In this document: piece after piece, positions 25,137-33,701 of the stretch
How the letters are laid out: every line of letters begins with the position of its first letter
How positions within the stretch are numbered: position 1 is the stretch's first letter
NCBI GenBank assembly: GCA_964566905.1
Contig: CAZMJV010000004.1
Coordinates: 1 to 59,236 of the forward strand
DNA: 59,236 bases
Direction: 5' to 3'
DNA from: an uncultured Coriobacteriia bacterium
GTDB taxonomy: Bacteria > Actinomycetota > Coriobacteriia > Coriobacteriales > CAZMJV01
Notes under the pieces: model-generated
Seen by the model: the letters and a program-made list of their open reading frames with translations, nothing else
What the model was told of the DNA's origin: nothing
Database searches by the model: none
Translations under genes and position numbers: made by a program

Positions 25137-25179
25137 TTCCCGACCCAGCCGAGCCTCGGCGGATTTCAGGATTTCACGC

Positions 25180-25998
25180 GTGATCCGATATCAGGACCTT
25201 ACATACTCGTATCGCACATCGACGGGACCCGTTCCGGCGCTCCGCGGTGTGTCGTTTTCTGTATCAGAGGGCGAGCGAGTCGTCGTGCTCGGACCGAACG
25301 GTTCGGGAAAATCGACTCTTGCACGAATGACGAACGGATTGCTCCTTCCGGATTCCGGCGAGGTTGTCGTCGAGGGCCTGGGCACGTCGGATCCCGCTGC
25401 GATCGGCTCGATTCGCCGTATGGTGGGCCTCGTCTCCCAGGACCCCGAGTCTTCGATTGTGGCCACGAGCGTCGAGGACGACGTCGCGTTCGGTCCCGAG
25501 AACCTCGGTCTTGAGCGTGCGGATATTCGGGCGCGCGTGGACGCGGCTCTGGAGGCGGTCGGCCTCGAGGCACTCGCGAATCGAGAGCCGCACACACTCT
25601 CGGGCGGCCAGAAGCAACGTCTTGCCATCGCGGGCGTCCTTGCCATGGCCCCGCAGTATGTCGTACTCGACGAGCCTACCTCGATGCTCGACCCAGCTGG
25701 GCAGTCCGAGGTTCGAAACGCTATCTCGGTGCTACACAGAAGCGGTCGAGGAATCCTTCATATCACCCATGACCTCACCGACCTCGTCGGTGCGACTCGC
25801 GCGCTCGTGCTCTTCGAGGGAGAGGTCGCCTTCGATGGCGACCCCGGCGAAATCATCGCCGATGCTGAGCGACTCGAGAGGTGGGGCCTGGAGATACCTG
25901 CGATCATGCGACTCGCACTCGAGCTTGCGGATCAGGGCGTTCCGATGCCCGTCGATCCGACCGATCCTCGCGCTCTTGCGGAGGCACTATGTCTCTGA
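25180..25998 (+). CDS. ecfA1: ECF transporter energy-coupling ATPase EcfA1
   Basis: GTG start, 272 aa. Walker A GPNGSGKST, signature LSGGQKQRLAIAG, Walker B YVVLDEPTSMLD. Confidence 0.9.
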   Translation: MIRYQDLTYSYRTSTGPVPALRGVSFSVSEGERVVVLGPNGSGKSTLARMTNGLLLPDSGEVVVEGLGTSDPAAIGSIRRMVGLVSQDPESSIVATSVEDDVAFGPENLGLERADIRARVDAALEAVGLEALANREPHTLSGGQKQRLAIAGVLAMAPQYVVLDEPTSMLDPAGQSEVRNAISVLHRSGRGILHITHDLTDLVGATRALVLFEGEVAFDGDPGEIIADAERLERWGLEIPAIMRLALELADQGVPMPVDPTDPRALAEALCL

Positions 25999-26822
25999 TC
26001 GCCTCAGGAGTCACCTACACCTATCAACAGGGCACCACGCTGGCTCACAGGGCCCTGGAGGACGTTTCGGTAAGCATCACTCCCGGCGAAATCACGCTGA
26101 TACTCGGCGCGACGGGGTCGGGGAAGTCGACGCTCCTGCGCGTTCTCGCGGGACTGCTCTCACCCACTCAGGGAAGCGCCAGCGTCGACGGTCAGACCAT
26201 ACAGCCCGGCGACGTCGGGCTGGTCTTTCAGCAGCCGGAGTCGCAGCTCTTCGCGGAGACGATACTCGACGATGTAGCATTCGGCCCGCGGAACCTCGGC
26301 CGATCTCCCCTGGAGACTGAAACGGTCTCACGCCGGGCGATGACCCAGGTCGGGCTCGATCCCGAGGTCTTTTCTCAGCGCTCGCCCTTCTCGCTCTCGG
26401 GGGGTCAGGCGCGCCGAGCGGCGATCGCCGGCGTTCTCGCGATGGAGCCGCGCTATCTGCTCTTCGACGAGCCGACAGCCGGCCTCGATGCCCAGGGCCG
26501 GGATTTCGTCCGGCAACTGGTCGTAGACCTCGCCGCGCGCGGAGTGGGAGTCGCCGTCGTGACGCATGCGGCCGAGGAGTTCCTCGGCAGCGCAGACACG
26601 CTGGTTCTTGTCGCCGACGGTCGGTGTGTTTATGAAGGCCCAGCCGCCGACGCGGTCACGGACCCCGCCCTTTTCAATCAGGCGGCGCTGGGCATACCCC
26701 CGGTGCTCGAAACCCAGATGATCGCTCGCGAACTCGGTTTGGATCTCGACCGATTCGTTCTCGACCCCACGGCCGCCGCGGCGAACCTGCTCGCGGCTAA
26801 GGGGTGGTCGCCGTGGCGATAG
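25989..26822 (+). CDS. ecfA2: ECF transporter energy-coupling ATPase EcfA2
   Basis: The ATG at 25989 overlaps the ecfA1 end by 10 nt. GATGSGKSTL, LSGGQARRAAIAG, YLLFDEPTAGLD. Confidence 0.9.
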   Translation: MSLIASGVTYTYQQGTTLAHRALEDVSVSITPGEITLILGATGSGKSTLLRVLAGLLSPTQGSASVDGQTIQPGDVGLVFQQPESQLFAETILDDVAFGPRNLGRSPLETETVSRRAMTQVGLDPEVFSQRSPFSLSGGQARRAAIAGVLAMEPRYLLFDEPTAGLDAQGRDFVRQLVVDLAARGVGVAVVTHAAEEFLGSADTLVLVADGRCVYEGPAADAVTDPALFNQAALGIPPVLETQMIARELGLDLDRFVLDPTAAAANLLAAKGWSPWR

Positions 26823-27601
26823 CGGTTCCCTTCGGCCAGTTCCTGCCTGGAACGACCTTCGTTCACAGGCTCGATGCGCGCACAAAGTTGGCGACGGTCG
26901 CGGCGCTCACCGTCGCGTTGTTCGCATCCGATTTCTGGGCGGGACTGCTCGTGTGCGCGGCGATCGTCGTCGCGGGCTATGCGATCTCGCGGCTGTCGTG
27001 GCGCCTTGCGCTCAGAGGGCTCCGGCCGATACTCGTCCTCCTCGTGTTCACGCTGGTGGCCAACGCCGTCGGTCGGGTGGACGCCGGCGTCCCGAATCTC
27101 GCCGGGTGGGGCTTCGACCCACAGGGGCTGCTCCGAGGGCTCTATTTCGCCTTCCGAATCGTCCTGCTCATAGCCGCGACCTCGCTCGTGACCTACACCA
27201 CCTCGTCTGTCGCGCTGACCGACGGGCTCGTCTCGCTCATGCGACCTCTCGCACGCGTCCGCCTTCCCATCGAGGACATAGCGATGATGTTCTCGATCGC
27301 GATGAGGTTCATCCCCACCACCGCCGAGGAGGCCGAGAAGATCGTAGTCGCCCAGACTGCGCGCGGCGCCAGGTTCGACGTCGGTGGTCCGATTCGCCGC
27401 GCGAAGGCATGGATACCTGTCATGGTCCCCTTGTTCGTGAACCTCTTTCGCCGTGCGGACGAACTTGCGGTGGCGATGGAGTCGCGCTGTTATACCGGCG
27501 AGGGTAGAACGCGTCTGCGCCAATCGACGATGGGTCCGGTCGACTTCGGGGTGGTGGTCGGCGCGGCGCTCGTTGCCGGCGTCGTCTCGATCTGGCTCTA
27601 G
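26804..27601 (+). CDS. ecfT: ECF transporter transmembrane (T) component
   Basis: 265 aa, multi-TM, overlaps the ecfA2 end. N-terminal ...GTTFVHRLDARTKL typical of EcfT/CbiQ. Exact start (GTG 26804 vs 26813) is uncertain. Confidence 0.85.
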   Translation: MVAVAIAVPFGQFLPGTTFVHRLDARTKLATVAALTVALFASDFWAGLLVCAAIVVAGYAISRLSWRLALRGLRPILVLLVFTLVANAVGRVDAGVPNLAGWGFDPQGLLRGLYFAFRIVLLIAATSLVTYTTSSVALTDGLVSLMRPLARVRLPIEDIAMMFSIAMRFIPTTAEEAEKIVVAQTARGARFDVGGPIRRAKAWIPVMVPLFVNLFRRADELAVAMESRCYTGEGRTRLRQSTMGPVDFGVVVGAALVAGVVSIWL

Positions 27602-27610
27602 GAGAGTTGC

Positions 27611-28426
27611 ATGGAAGCGGTGGAAAGCAGGATCGACGGCAACACGTGGGGCGACCATACGCTCGTGGTGACACTAGCATACAACGGCGCCCCCTATGCA
27701 GGCTTCTCTCGTCAACCCGGCCAGGCGACCGTGCAGGGCGAGCTTGAACGTGCGCTTTCCACGGTGATGCGCCGCGAGATCACCACGGTCTGCGCCGGAC
27801 GAACCGATGCCGGCGTCCACGCCCGAACCCAGGTCGTGAGCTGCCCCGGATTCGAGACCGACGTCCTTCCGCGCAAATTGCTTCGATCCCTTAACGCGCT
27901 GTGCGGGGACAGTATTTCGGTGCGCGACGTCCGACGGGTCGCACCGGGCTTCTCCGCACGATTCGACGCGCTGGCACGCGAGTATCGATATCGCATAGTG
28001 GCCGGAGCCGTGCCGCCGCTCTTCCTGCGTGATTTCGCGTGGTGGATCCGCAAGCCACTCGATGTCGACGCCATGGCGCTCGGGGCCGCGCATCTGCTCG
28101 GCGAGCACGATTTCGTCTCGTTTTGCACCAAGGCGTCGTCGATCGGCAAGACGACCAACCGATTCGTCGAGACGATCCTCCTGACGGAGGAGGAGCACCT
28201 CGGCGAGAGCTGCATCGTGCTGCGAGTCGTCGGGAACGCCTTCCTCCACTCGATGGTGCGCACCATAGTGGGGACGCTCGTCGAGGTGGGGGCGGGGAGA
28301 AGACCCGAGTCGTGGGTCGCTGAGGTCCTCGAAGCCAAGGACCGGGAGGCAGCCGGACCGACCGCTCCCGCACACGGTCTCACCCTCTGGGATGTAAGAT
28401 ATCCCGAAGGAGTGCTGGGGGAGTAA
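27611..28426 (+). CDS. truA: tRNA pseudouridine(38-40) synthase TruA
   Basis: 271 aa. ...YNGAPYAGF.RQPG..TVQGELE.AL......CAGRTDAGVHA catalytic Asp motif. Confidence 0.93.
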   Translation: MEAVESRIDGNTWGDHTLVVTLAYNGAPYAGFSRQPGQATVQGELERALSTVMRREITTVCAGRTDAGVHARTQVVSCPGFETDVLPRKLLRSLNALCGDSISVRDVRRVAPGFSARFDALAREYRYRIVAGAVPPLFLRDFAWWIRKPLDVDAMALGAAHLLGEHDFVSFCTKASSIGKTTNRFVETILLTEEEHLGESCIVLRVVGNAFLHSMVRTIVGTLVEVGAGRRPESWVAEVLEAKDREAAGPTAPAHGLTLWDVRYPEGVLGE

Positions 28427-28505
28427 AGCGGCCGGTGGGCTGCTTTGAACCCAGATGAACGTTGCTCCCATGGAATGTTTTCCAAACGCCCGGGGGCGTG
28501 GTGGT

Positions 28506-28534
28506 TTGACGCCAGCGTGCGGTGCGGTTATTAT
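28506..28534 (+). promoter_or_regulatory. Putative promoter of rplM-rpsI(-glmM)
   Basis: TTGACG (28506-28511), 17-nt spacer, TATTAT (28529-28534). The ~65-nt leader contains hairpin GTTTCA-n8-TGAAAC. Confidence 0.45.
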
Positions 28535-28605
28535 GGCAAGGTTCGTTTCAGAGCCCCGTGAAACTCTATTTCGGACACCGTTTCATTACTATGTTGGAGG
28601 ATTTT

Positions 28606-29040
28606 GTGAAGACCTACCATGCCAAGCCCGGCGAGGTCGAGCGCGAGTGGTTGCTCATCGACGCTGAAGACATGGTTCTCGGTCGCCTCGCTTCTGAGGT
28701 GGCTCAGATCCTTAAGGGCAAGCGTAAGCCCCAGTACACCCCCCACGTCGACACCGGCGATTTCGTCGTCATCGTCAACGCGGACAAGATTCGTGTGACC
28801 GGCGCCAAGGCCACCGACAAGGTCTACTCCCGCTACACCGGCTACATCGGTGGACTCAAGCAGGAGACCTTCAACGAGGCAATGGCGAAGCACCCCACGC
28901 GTGTCATCGAGCACGCGGTCAAGGGCATGCTCCCCAAGAACACCCTCGGTCGCGCCATGGGCAAGAAGCTCAAGGTGTACGCCGGCCCGAATCACCCCCA
29001 CGCAGCCCAGCAGCCGCGTGAGATCAAGCTGGAGGGTTAG
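28606..29040 (+). CDS. rplM: 50S ribosomal protein L13
   Basis: GTG at 28606, 5 nt after GGAGG. (M)[45 protein letters not shown]. The track ORF start at 28522 is an upstream extension. Confidence 0.95.
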   Translation: MKTYHAKPGEVEREWLLIDAEDMVLGRLASEVAQILKGKRKPQYTPHVDTGDFVVIVNADKIRVTGAKATDKVYSRYTGYIGGLKQETFNEAMAKHPTRVIEHAVKGMLPKNTLGRAMGKKLKVYAGPNHPHAAQQPREIKLEG

Positions 29041-29043
29041 TCA

Positions 29044-29439
29044 ATGGCTGAGAACAAAGCTGTCTATTACGGGACCGGTCGTCGCAAGAACGCGATCGCC
29101 CGCGTCCGTCTCGTCCCCGGAACCGGCAAGGTCACCGTCAACAAGCGTGACGGTGCCGAGTTCTTCGGTCGCGACGCCCTCCTCAACTTCGCTCTGACCC
29201 CCTTCAAGGTCACCGAGACCGTCGACCATTTCGACGTCATCGCGATCTGCCAGGGCGGCGGCGTCTCCGGCCAGGCCGGCGCGCTTCGCCACGGCATCTC
29301 CCGCGCGCTCCTCGAGGCCGGCGAGTACCGCGCCGAGCTCAAGACCGCCGGGTTCCTCACGCGTGACCCCCGTATGGTCGAGCGTAAGAAGTACGGTCTG
29401 AAGAAGGCCCGCAAGCGCCCGCAGTTCTCCAAGCGCTAA
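29044..29439 (+). CDS. rpsI: 30S ribosomal protein S9
   Basis: 131 aa. ...YGTGRRK.AIARV.L.PG.G...VN......[17 protein letters not shown]...LTRD.R.VERKKYG..KARK..QFSKR. Confidence 0.97.
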   Translation: MAENKAVYYGTGRRKNAIARVRLVPGTGKVTVNKRDGAEFFGRDALLNFALTPFKVTETVDHFDVIAICQGGGVSGQAGALRHGISRALLEAGEYRAELKTAGFLTRDPRMVERKKYGLKKARKRPQFSKR

Positions 29440-29473
29440 ACGAACCGCGGTTCCGCGAAGCACAGATTTCTAT

Positions 29474-29500
29474 CGAGGCTCGCCCCTGCGGCGGGCCTCG
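29474..29500 (+). other. GC-rich stem-loop after rpsI (U-tract-less terminator/processing candidate)
   Basis: CGAGGCTCGCC-cctgc-GGCGGGCCTCG, 11 bp including one G-U pair. No T-run follows. Confidence 0.35.
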
Positions 29501-29517
29501 TACGTTGAGGAGAGACT

Positions 29518-30849
29518 ATGGCCAAAGCACGACTGTTCGGGACCGACGGCGTTCGAGGCATCGCCAACACCGAGCTCACTCCCGAGCTCGCGTTCAAGCT
29601 CGGCGAGGCCGCCGGCCGCTATCTCGGTTCGCGCATCGTTGTCGGGAAGGACACTCGAAAGAGCGGCGATATGCTCGAGTCCGCGCTCGTGGCGGGGCTC
29701 AATTCCGCAGGGGCGACCGCCCTTCTCGCGGGGGTCATTCCCACGCCGGCCATCGCTCTCCTCACACGAGAGCTCGGATGCGACGGGGGCGTCGTCATCT
29801 CGGCATCCCACAACCCTCCCCAGTACAACGGCATCAAGCTCTTCAGCCGCGACGGCTTCAAGTTGCCCGATGAGATCGAGGATGAGATCGAGGAGATGCT
29901 CGTCACCTCCGACGACGTCGACTCGCGCGGAACCGGAGCGGACATCGGAGTCATCGAGCATGTCGAGGACGCCATGGAGCGGTACATCGCTCACGCTGTG
30001 TCGACGGTCGATGTGAGCCTCGCGGGGCTCAAGGTCGCGATCGACTGCGGTCATGGCGCTTCCTACTACTCGACTCCCGAGGCGTTTCGTCGGCTTGGCG
30101 CCGAGGTGTTCGTCATCAACGACACCTATAACGGCATGGATATCAACGTAGGGTCAGGATCGACCCACCTCGAGCCCGCGATCGACCTCGTCCTCTCGGC
30201 CGGTGCCGACCTCGGCATCAGCCACGACGGTGATGCTGACCGTGTGCTCGCGATCGACGAGAAGGGCGAGTCTGTCGACGGCGACTTCATCGAAGCGATC
30301 TGCGCGGTGGATTTGGCGAGCCGCGGCGAGCTGCCCGGTGACACGGTGGTCTCGACCGTGATGGCTAACCTCGGCTTGCAGGTTGCACTCAAGGAGCACG
30401 GGATCAGTTTGGTGAAGACCAACGTCGGCGATCGCTATGTCCTCGAAGCGATGCGTATGGGCGGACTCGCCTTGGGGGGCGAGCAGTCGGGCCACGTCAT
30501 CTTCCTCAAGCACAACACAACGGGAGACGGGCTCATCACCGCGTTGCAGCTGGCCTCGGTGATGGTGCGTCAGGGCAAGCCGCTCTCCCAGATCAGGACG
30601 GTCATGACCCGCTTCCCGCAGGTCATGGAGAACGTTCATGTCGCGAACAAGGGGAGACTTGCGGCCAGCGCCGCCATCGCAACGGCAATCGCCGCAGGCG
30701 AGGCGAAGCTTGGTGAGACCGGCCGCGTCCTTGTCCGACCTTCGGGCACGGAATCGCTGGTTCGCGTGATGGCAGAGGCTGCCGACGAGGCCATGGCAGC
30801 CGAGGTGGTCGCACAGATATCGGCCGTGGTCAGGGCAGAGCTCGCGTAG
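29518..30849 (+). CDS. glmM: Phosphoglucosamine mutase
   Basis: 443 aa. MAKARLFGTDGVRG; phosphoserine loop SASHNPPQYNGIK; GEQSGH. Confidence 0.96.
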   Translation: MAKARLFGTDGVRGIANTELTPELAFKLGEAAGRYLGSRIVVGKDTRKSGDMLESALVAGLNSAGATALLAGVIPTPAIALLTRELGCDGGVVISASHNPPQYNGIKLFSRDGFKLPDEIEDEIEEMLVTSDDVDSRGTGADIGVIEHVEDAMERYIAHAVSTVDVSLAGLKVAIDCGHGASYYSTPEAFRRLGAEVFVINDTYNGMDINVGSGSTHLEPAIDLVLSAGADLGISHDGDADRVLAIDEKGESVDGDFIEAICAVDLASRGELPGDTVVSTVMANLGLQVALKEHGISLVKTNVGDRYVLEAMRMGGLALGGEQSGHVIFLKHNTTGDGLITALQLASVMVRQGKPLSQIRTVMTRFPQVMENVHVANKGRLAASAAIATAIAAGEAKLGETGRVLVRPSGTESLVRVMAEAADEAMAAEVVAQISAVVRAELA

Positions 30850-30894
30850 CGAACAACTCCCGCTTCCTGCGAGAGTATCGAGATTGAAACGGAG

Positions 30895-30922
30895 GCGCCC
30901 GACACCCGGGCGCTTTCTTTTT
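30895..30922 (+). terminator. Rho-independent terminator after glmM
   Basis: GCGCCCG-acacc-CGGGCGC followed by TTTCTTTTT. Confidence 0.65.
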
Positions 30923-30951
30923 GCGAGGCGCGAGCTCCGCGATACCGAGAG

Positions 30952-31000
30952 TTGCGCGTGCGATACGCTCCTGTTATCGTAAATCGTAGATTAACGATAA
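30952..31000 (+). promoter_or_regulatory. Putative promoter plus inverted-repeat operator upstream of arsR/acr3
   Basis: TTGCGC (30952-57), 17 nt, TATCGT (30975-80). The 7-bp inverted repeat TTATCGT(30974-80)-N13-ACGATAA(30994-31000) overlaps the -10 and reaches the SD AAGGAG. Confidence 0.4.
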
Positions 31001-31010
31001 GGAGAGCCGA

Positions 31011-31334
31011 ATGGATGAGGAAACCATAGCGATGGTGGCGAGGGCGTTGGCCCACCCTGCGCGAGTCCGGATCGTTCGATTGATCGCGGACCAGCCCGAG
31101 TGCCGTGGTGCCGAGATCTTCTCGGAGCTGCCACTCGCTCAGTCGACAGTGTCGGAGCACCTGCGTGTACTGCGGGAGGCGGGGGTGATCTCCTCGCATG
31201 CTGTTGGCGTGGGTGCGGTCTATTGCATCAACTCCGCGGTTCTGCGCGAGTTTGGAAAGGCGATCGAAACCCTGGGATCTGTCCCCAGCTGCAATTCCGA
31301 CGCCTCAGTAACCGAACCCTCTAAGGAGTCATGA
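31011..31334 (+). CDS. arsR: ArsR/SmtB-family transcriptional regulator
   Basis: 107 aa. Winged-HTH signature ...[13 protein letters not shown]......[27 protein letters not shown]. Lacks the classical ELCVCDL site; Cys residues lie at PEC, VYC and PSC. Confidence 0.85.
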   Translation: MDEETIAMVARALAHPARVRIVRLIADQPECRGAEIFSELPLAQSTVSEHLRVLREAGVISSHAVGVGAVYCINSAVLREFGKAIETLGSVPSCNSDASVTEPSKES

Positions 31335-32467
31335 TGGCCCAAGGTGTCGCCAAGCGTCTGTCGTTTCTCGACCGCTATCTCACGCTCTGGATTTTCCTTG
31401 CGATGGCTGTTGGAGTCGGTGCGGGAGCACTGATACCCGCGATCCCCGACTTCGTCGGGAGGTTCACCGTCGGGACCACGAACATCCCGATCGCAATCGG
31501 CCTGATCGCCATGATGTACCCCGTCTTCACCAAAGTGCGCTACGAGGAGCTGGCCGACGCAATGCGCGACAAGAAGGCGCTCGGCCTCGCGATGCTCATG
31601 AACTGGGTGGTGGCGCCGAGCGTGATGTTCCTCTTGGCGATCACGTTCATGAGGTCGTATCCGGAGTACATGGTCGGGCTCATCATCATCGGCATCGCCC
31701 CGTGTATCGCGATGGTCATCGTATGGAACGGGCTCGCCAAGGGCGACGCCGAGTTCGCCGCGGGGCTCGTCGCGCTCAACAGCGTCATGCAGGTCCTGTT
31801 CTTCAGCATCTACGCATGGGTGTTCGTGACCGTCCTGCCGCCGCTCTTCGGGGTATCCGGCGCGCTGGTCGACATCTCGGTGTGGGAGATTGCGGGAACC
31901 GTCGCGGTCTATCTTGGACTGCCGTTCGTGCTGGGGATGTCGACTCGGTTCATCCTGCGCAACCGCAGGGGTGCTGAGTGGTACGACGGGGTGTTCGTTC
32001 CGAGGGTCGGTCCGATCACGCTGGTCGCTCTGCTGTTCACGATCTTCACGATGTTCTCGCTCAAAGGCGCCGTCATCGTCAGCTTGCCGCTCGACGTCGT
32101 GCGGGTGGCGATTCCGATGCTGCTGTACTTCGCGATCATGTTTTTCCTGGTGTTCTTCGTCGCCAAGGCCCTCGGCCTCACCTATGCGAAAACGACGACG
32201 CTCGCGCTTACCGCAGGGTCCAACAACTTCGAGCTGGCCATCGCCGTCTGCGTCGCCGTCTTCGGTATCAATAGCGGAGCGGCGTTCGCTGCAGTGATCG
32301 GCCCGCTGGTCGAGGTCCCGGTCCTGATCGGACTCGTGAACGTCGCACTCGCCTTCAGGCGCCGATACTTCCCGGAAGAGTGCGAGCCGGTCGAGGTCGA
32401 CATGCTAACGGAGGCCGACTCTGCTGCCGGTCGAATCGACGAGCTCGCGGAGTGCGACCGCCGATGA
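31331..32467 (+). CDS. acr3: Arsenite efflux transporter, ACR3 family
   Basis: 378 aa, ~10 [34 protein letters not shown] (conserved ACR3 Cys), ...[16 protein letters not shown]. Its ATG overlaps the arsR stop (ATGA). Confidence 0.9.
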   Translation: MMAQGVAKRLSFLDRYLTLWIFLAMAVGVGAGALIPAIPDFVGRFTVGTTNIPIAIGLIAMMYPVFTKVRYEELADAMRDKKALGLAMLMNWVVAPSVMFLLAITFMRSYPEYMVGLIIIGIAPCIAMVIVWNGLAKGDAEFAAGLVALNSVMQVLFFSIYAWVFVTVLPPLFGVSGALVDISVWEIAGTVAVYLGLPFVLGMSTRFILRNRRGAEWYDGVFVPRVGPITLVALLFTIFTMFSLKGAVIVSLPLDVVRVAIPMLLYFAIMFFLVFFVAKALGLTYAKTTTLALTAGSNNFELAIAVCVAVFGINSGAAFAAVIGPLVEVPVLIGLVNVALAFRRRYFPEECEPVEVDMLTEADSAAGRIDELAECDRR

Positions 32468-33255
32468 GAAGAATCGCGCTCTTCTCCGACGTGCACGGCA
32501 ACTCGGTTGCGCTCGATGCGGTTCTCGAGGATATCGAGGCGAGCGGAATCACCGAGATGTACTGCCTCGGTGACCTCGTCGGATACGGGCCCGATCCCTC
32601 CGGCGTGGTGGATCGGATTCGCAGTCTCGGCATTCCCACCGTTCTCGGCAACTACGACGAGGGAATCGGACTCGGGCGCGGAGAGTGCGGATGCTATTAC
32701 GCCACCGAGCAGGCGCAGGCCGACGGAGCGGCGTCCTATGGGTTCACCGAGTCCATGCTGAGCGAGCAAGGCCGCACGTGGCTTGCCTCGCTTCCGGAGC
32801 AGATCAGGCTCGAGAACGAGGGGGTTCGCATCCTGCTGGCGCATGGAAGCCCTCGGAAGATCAACGAGTACCTCCTGCCCGATCGCAAGGATGCGCAGCT
32901 CGCCCGACTGGCGAACGAGGCGGAGGCGGACGTGGTGTGCGTCGGGCATGTGCACATCCCGTATCACAGGTCGATGGTCGACCCCTCAGGTGCAATAGTG
33001 CACTACGTCAGCAGCGGCTCGGTGGGGAAGCCGAAGGATGGCGATCCGCGCGCGGCCTGGGTCGAACTCGTTTTCGGGACTCGGGACGATGCTCGCGCAG
33101 TGGCGAAGGACGAGGCGGCCGGTCCGGCAGGCGACACCGACGTATGGGTGGCAGCGGTCGTCCATCGCGTCGAGTACGACGTCGCCCGCGTGGCAGCCGC
33201 CATGATCGAGGCGGGACTCCCCGCGACCCTCGCCGAGGCGCTAGCGCGAGCGTAG
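32464..33255 (+). CDS. Metallophosphoesterase family protein (YfcE/MJ0936-like)
   Basis: The ATG at 32464 overlaps the acr3 TGA (ATGA). Motifs [31 protein letters not shown]. 263 aa. The track ORF start at 32380 lies inside acr3. Confidence 0.8.
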   Translation: MRRIALFSDVHGNSVALDAVLEDIEASGITEMYCLGDLVGYGPDPSGVVDRIRSLGIPTVLGNYDEGIGLGRGECGCYYATEQAQADGAASYGFTESMLSEQGRTWLASLPEQIRLENEGVRILLAHGSPRKINEYLLPDRKDAQLARLANEAEADVVCVGHVHIPYHRSMVDPSGAIVHYVSSGSVGKPKDGDPRAAWVELVFGTRDDARAVAKDEAAGPAGDTDVWVAAVVHRVEYDVARVAAAMIEAGLPATLAEALARA

Positions 33256-33278
33256 TTGGCTTCCGAGGACATAAGCAA

Positions 33279-33325
33279 AAGTGCAGGGGCCGAGTGCAGA
33301 TGAACTCCGTCCGGTCCCTGCACTT
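33279..33325. terminator. Possible bidirectional terminator between convergent units
   Basis: AAGTGCAGGG...CCCTGCACTT, a 10-bp outer stem with a large partly paired interior, between the + strand stop (33255) and the minus-strand stop (33342). Confidence 0.35.
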
Positions 33326-33341
33326 CTGCTTCGAGTCGGTA

Positions 33342-33701
33342 TCACATCCCGGCAAGGGCTGCAGTGATGCTGTCGACGTCGAGCCCCCCGGAGCAGACAA
33401 TCGCATCGCCCACGACTACGAGGGGGAGGTCATGCCCTCCGACCAGCGCATCGAGGGCGATGGTGCGTCGGGTTTCATCGAGCTGGTACAGATCGGCCTC
33501 TTCGACCCGGATCGGGTGTCGGAGTCGTTCGTTAAGCACTGTCTCCAAAACTTGGAGACGCCATTGCAGCGGCAGTTCTCAAACAGCGCCTGGATTAAGT
33601 CCGCTGACGGAATCGTCGCAACAATCGTAATCACTGCCTCAACCACACGAAGGCTGGGATAGGACGTACACTATTCGTTCGCTCATTGCCTCCCCTTTCA
33701 T
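33342..33701 (-). pseudogene. Cys-rich thioredoxin-fold / ArsD-like ORF interrupted by two in-frame TGA codons (pseudogene or recoded gene)
   Basis: ATG at 33701 directly follows the ccdA TAA. A second in-frame ATG at 33686 follows AAAGGGGAGG. The frame is open to the TGA at 33344-33342 except for TGA at 33641-33639 and 33581-33579. Product: MSERIVYVLSQPSCG*GSDYDCCDDSVSGLNPGAV*ELPLQWRLQVLETVLNERLRHPIRVEEADLYQLDETRRTIALDALVGGHDLPLVVVGDAIVCSGGLDVDSITAALAGM. The track lists only the TTG-initiated 68-aa tail (33342..33548). Confidence 0.4.

Noticed and set aside
25137-25179. Tandem GGATTTCA-GGATTTCA repeat and CCGAG-c-CTCGG hairpin between the rplQ terminator and ecfA1
   Set aside because: It is too short and simple to assign a function. 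It may be part of the ecfA1 promoter or leader, but no convincing -35/-10 pair was found.
33579-33641. Genome-wide reassignment of TGA (to Trp or Gly) as the explanation for the two in-frame TGAs
   Set aside because: TGA clearly terminates many well-defined genes in this window at the expected protein ends, including ecfA1, acr3, tsaB, atpF, the small thioredoxin and the TlpA-like protein.
33416-33646. 76-aa minus-strand ORF (MVEAVITIVATIPSADL...) as the real gene downstream of ccdA
   Set aside because: It is in a different frame from the SD/ATG that follows ccdA. Its C-terminal half is Ser/Pro/Arg-rich, and it overlaps the frame that carries the thioredoxin-fold-like sequence. I judged the TGA-interrupted frame to be the biologically meaningful one.
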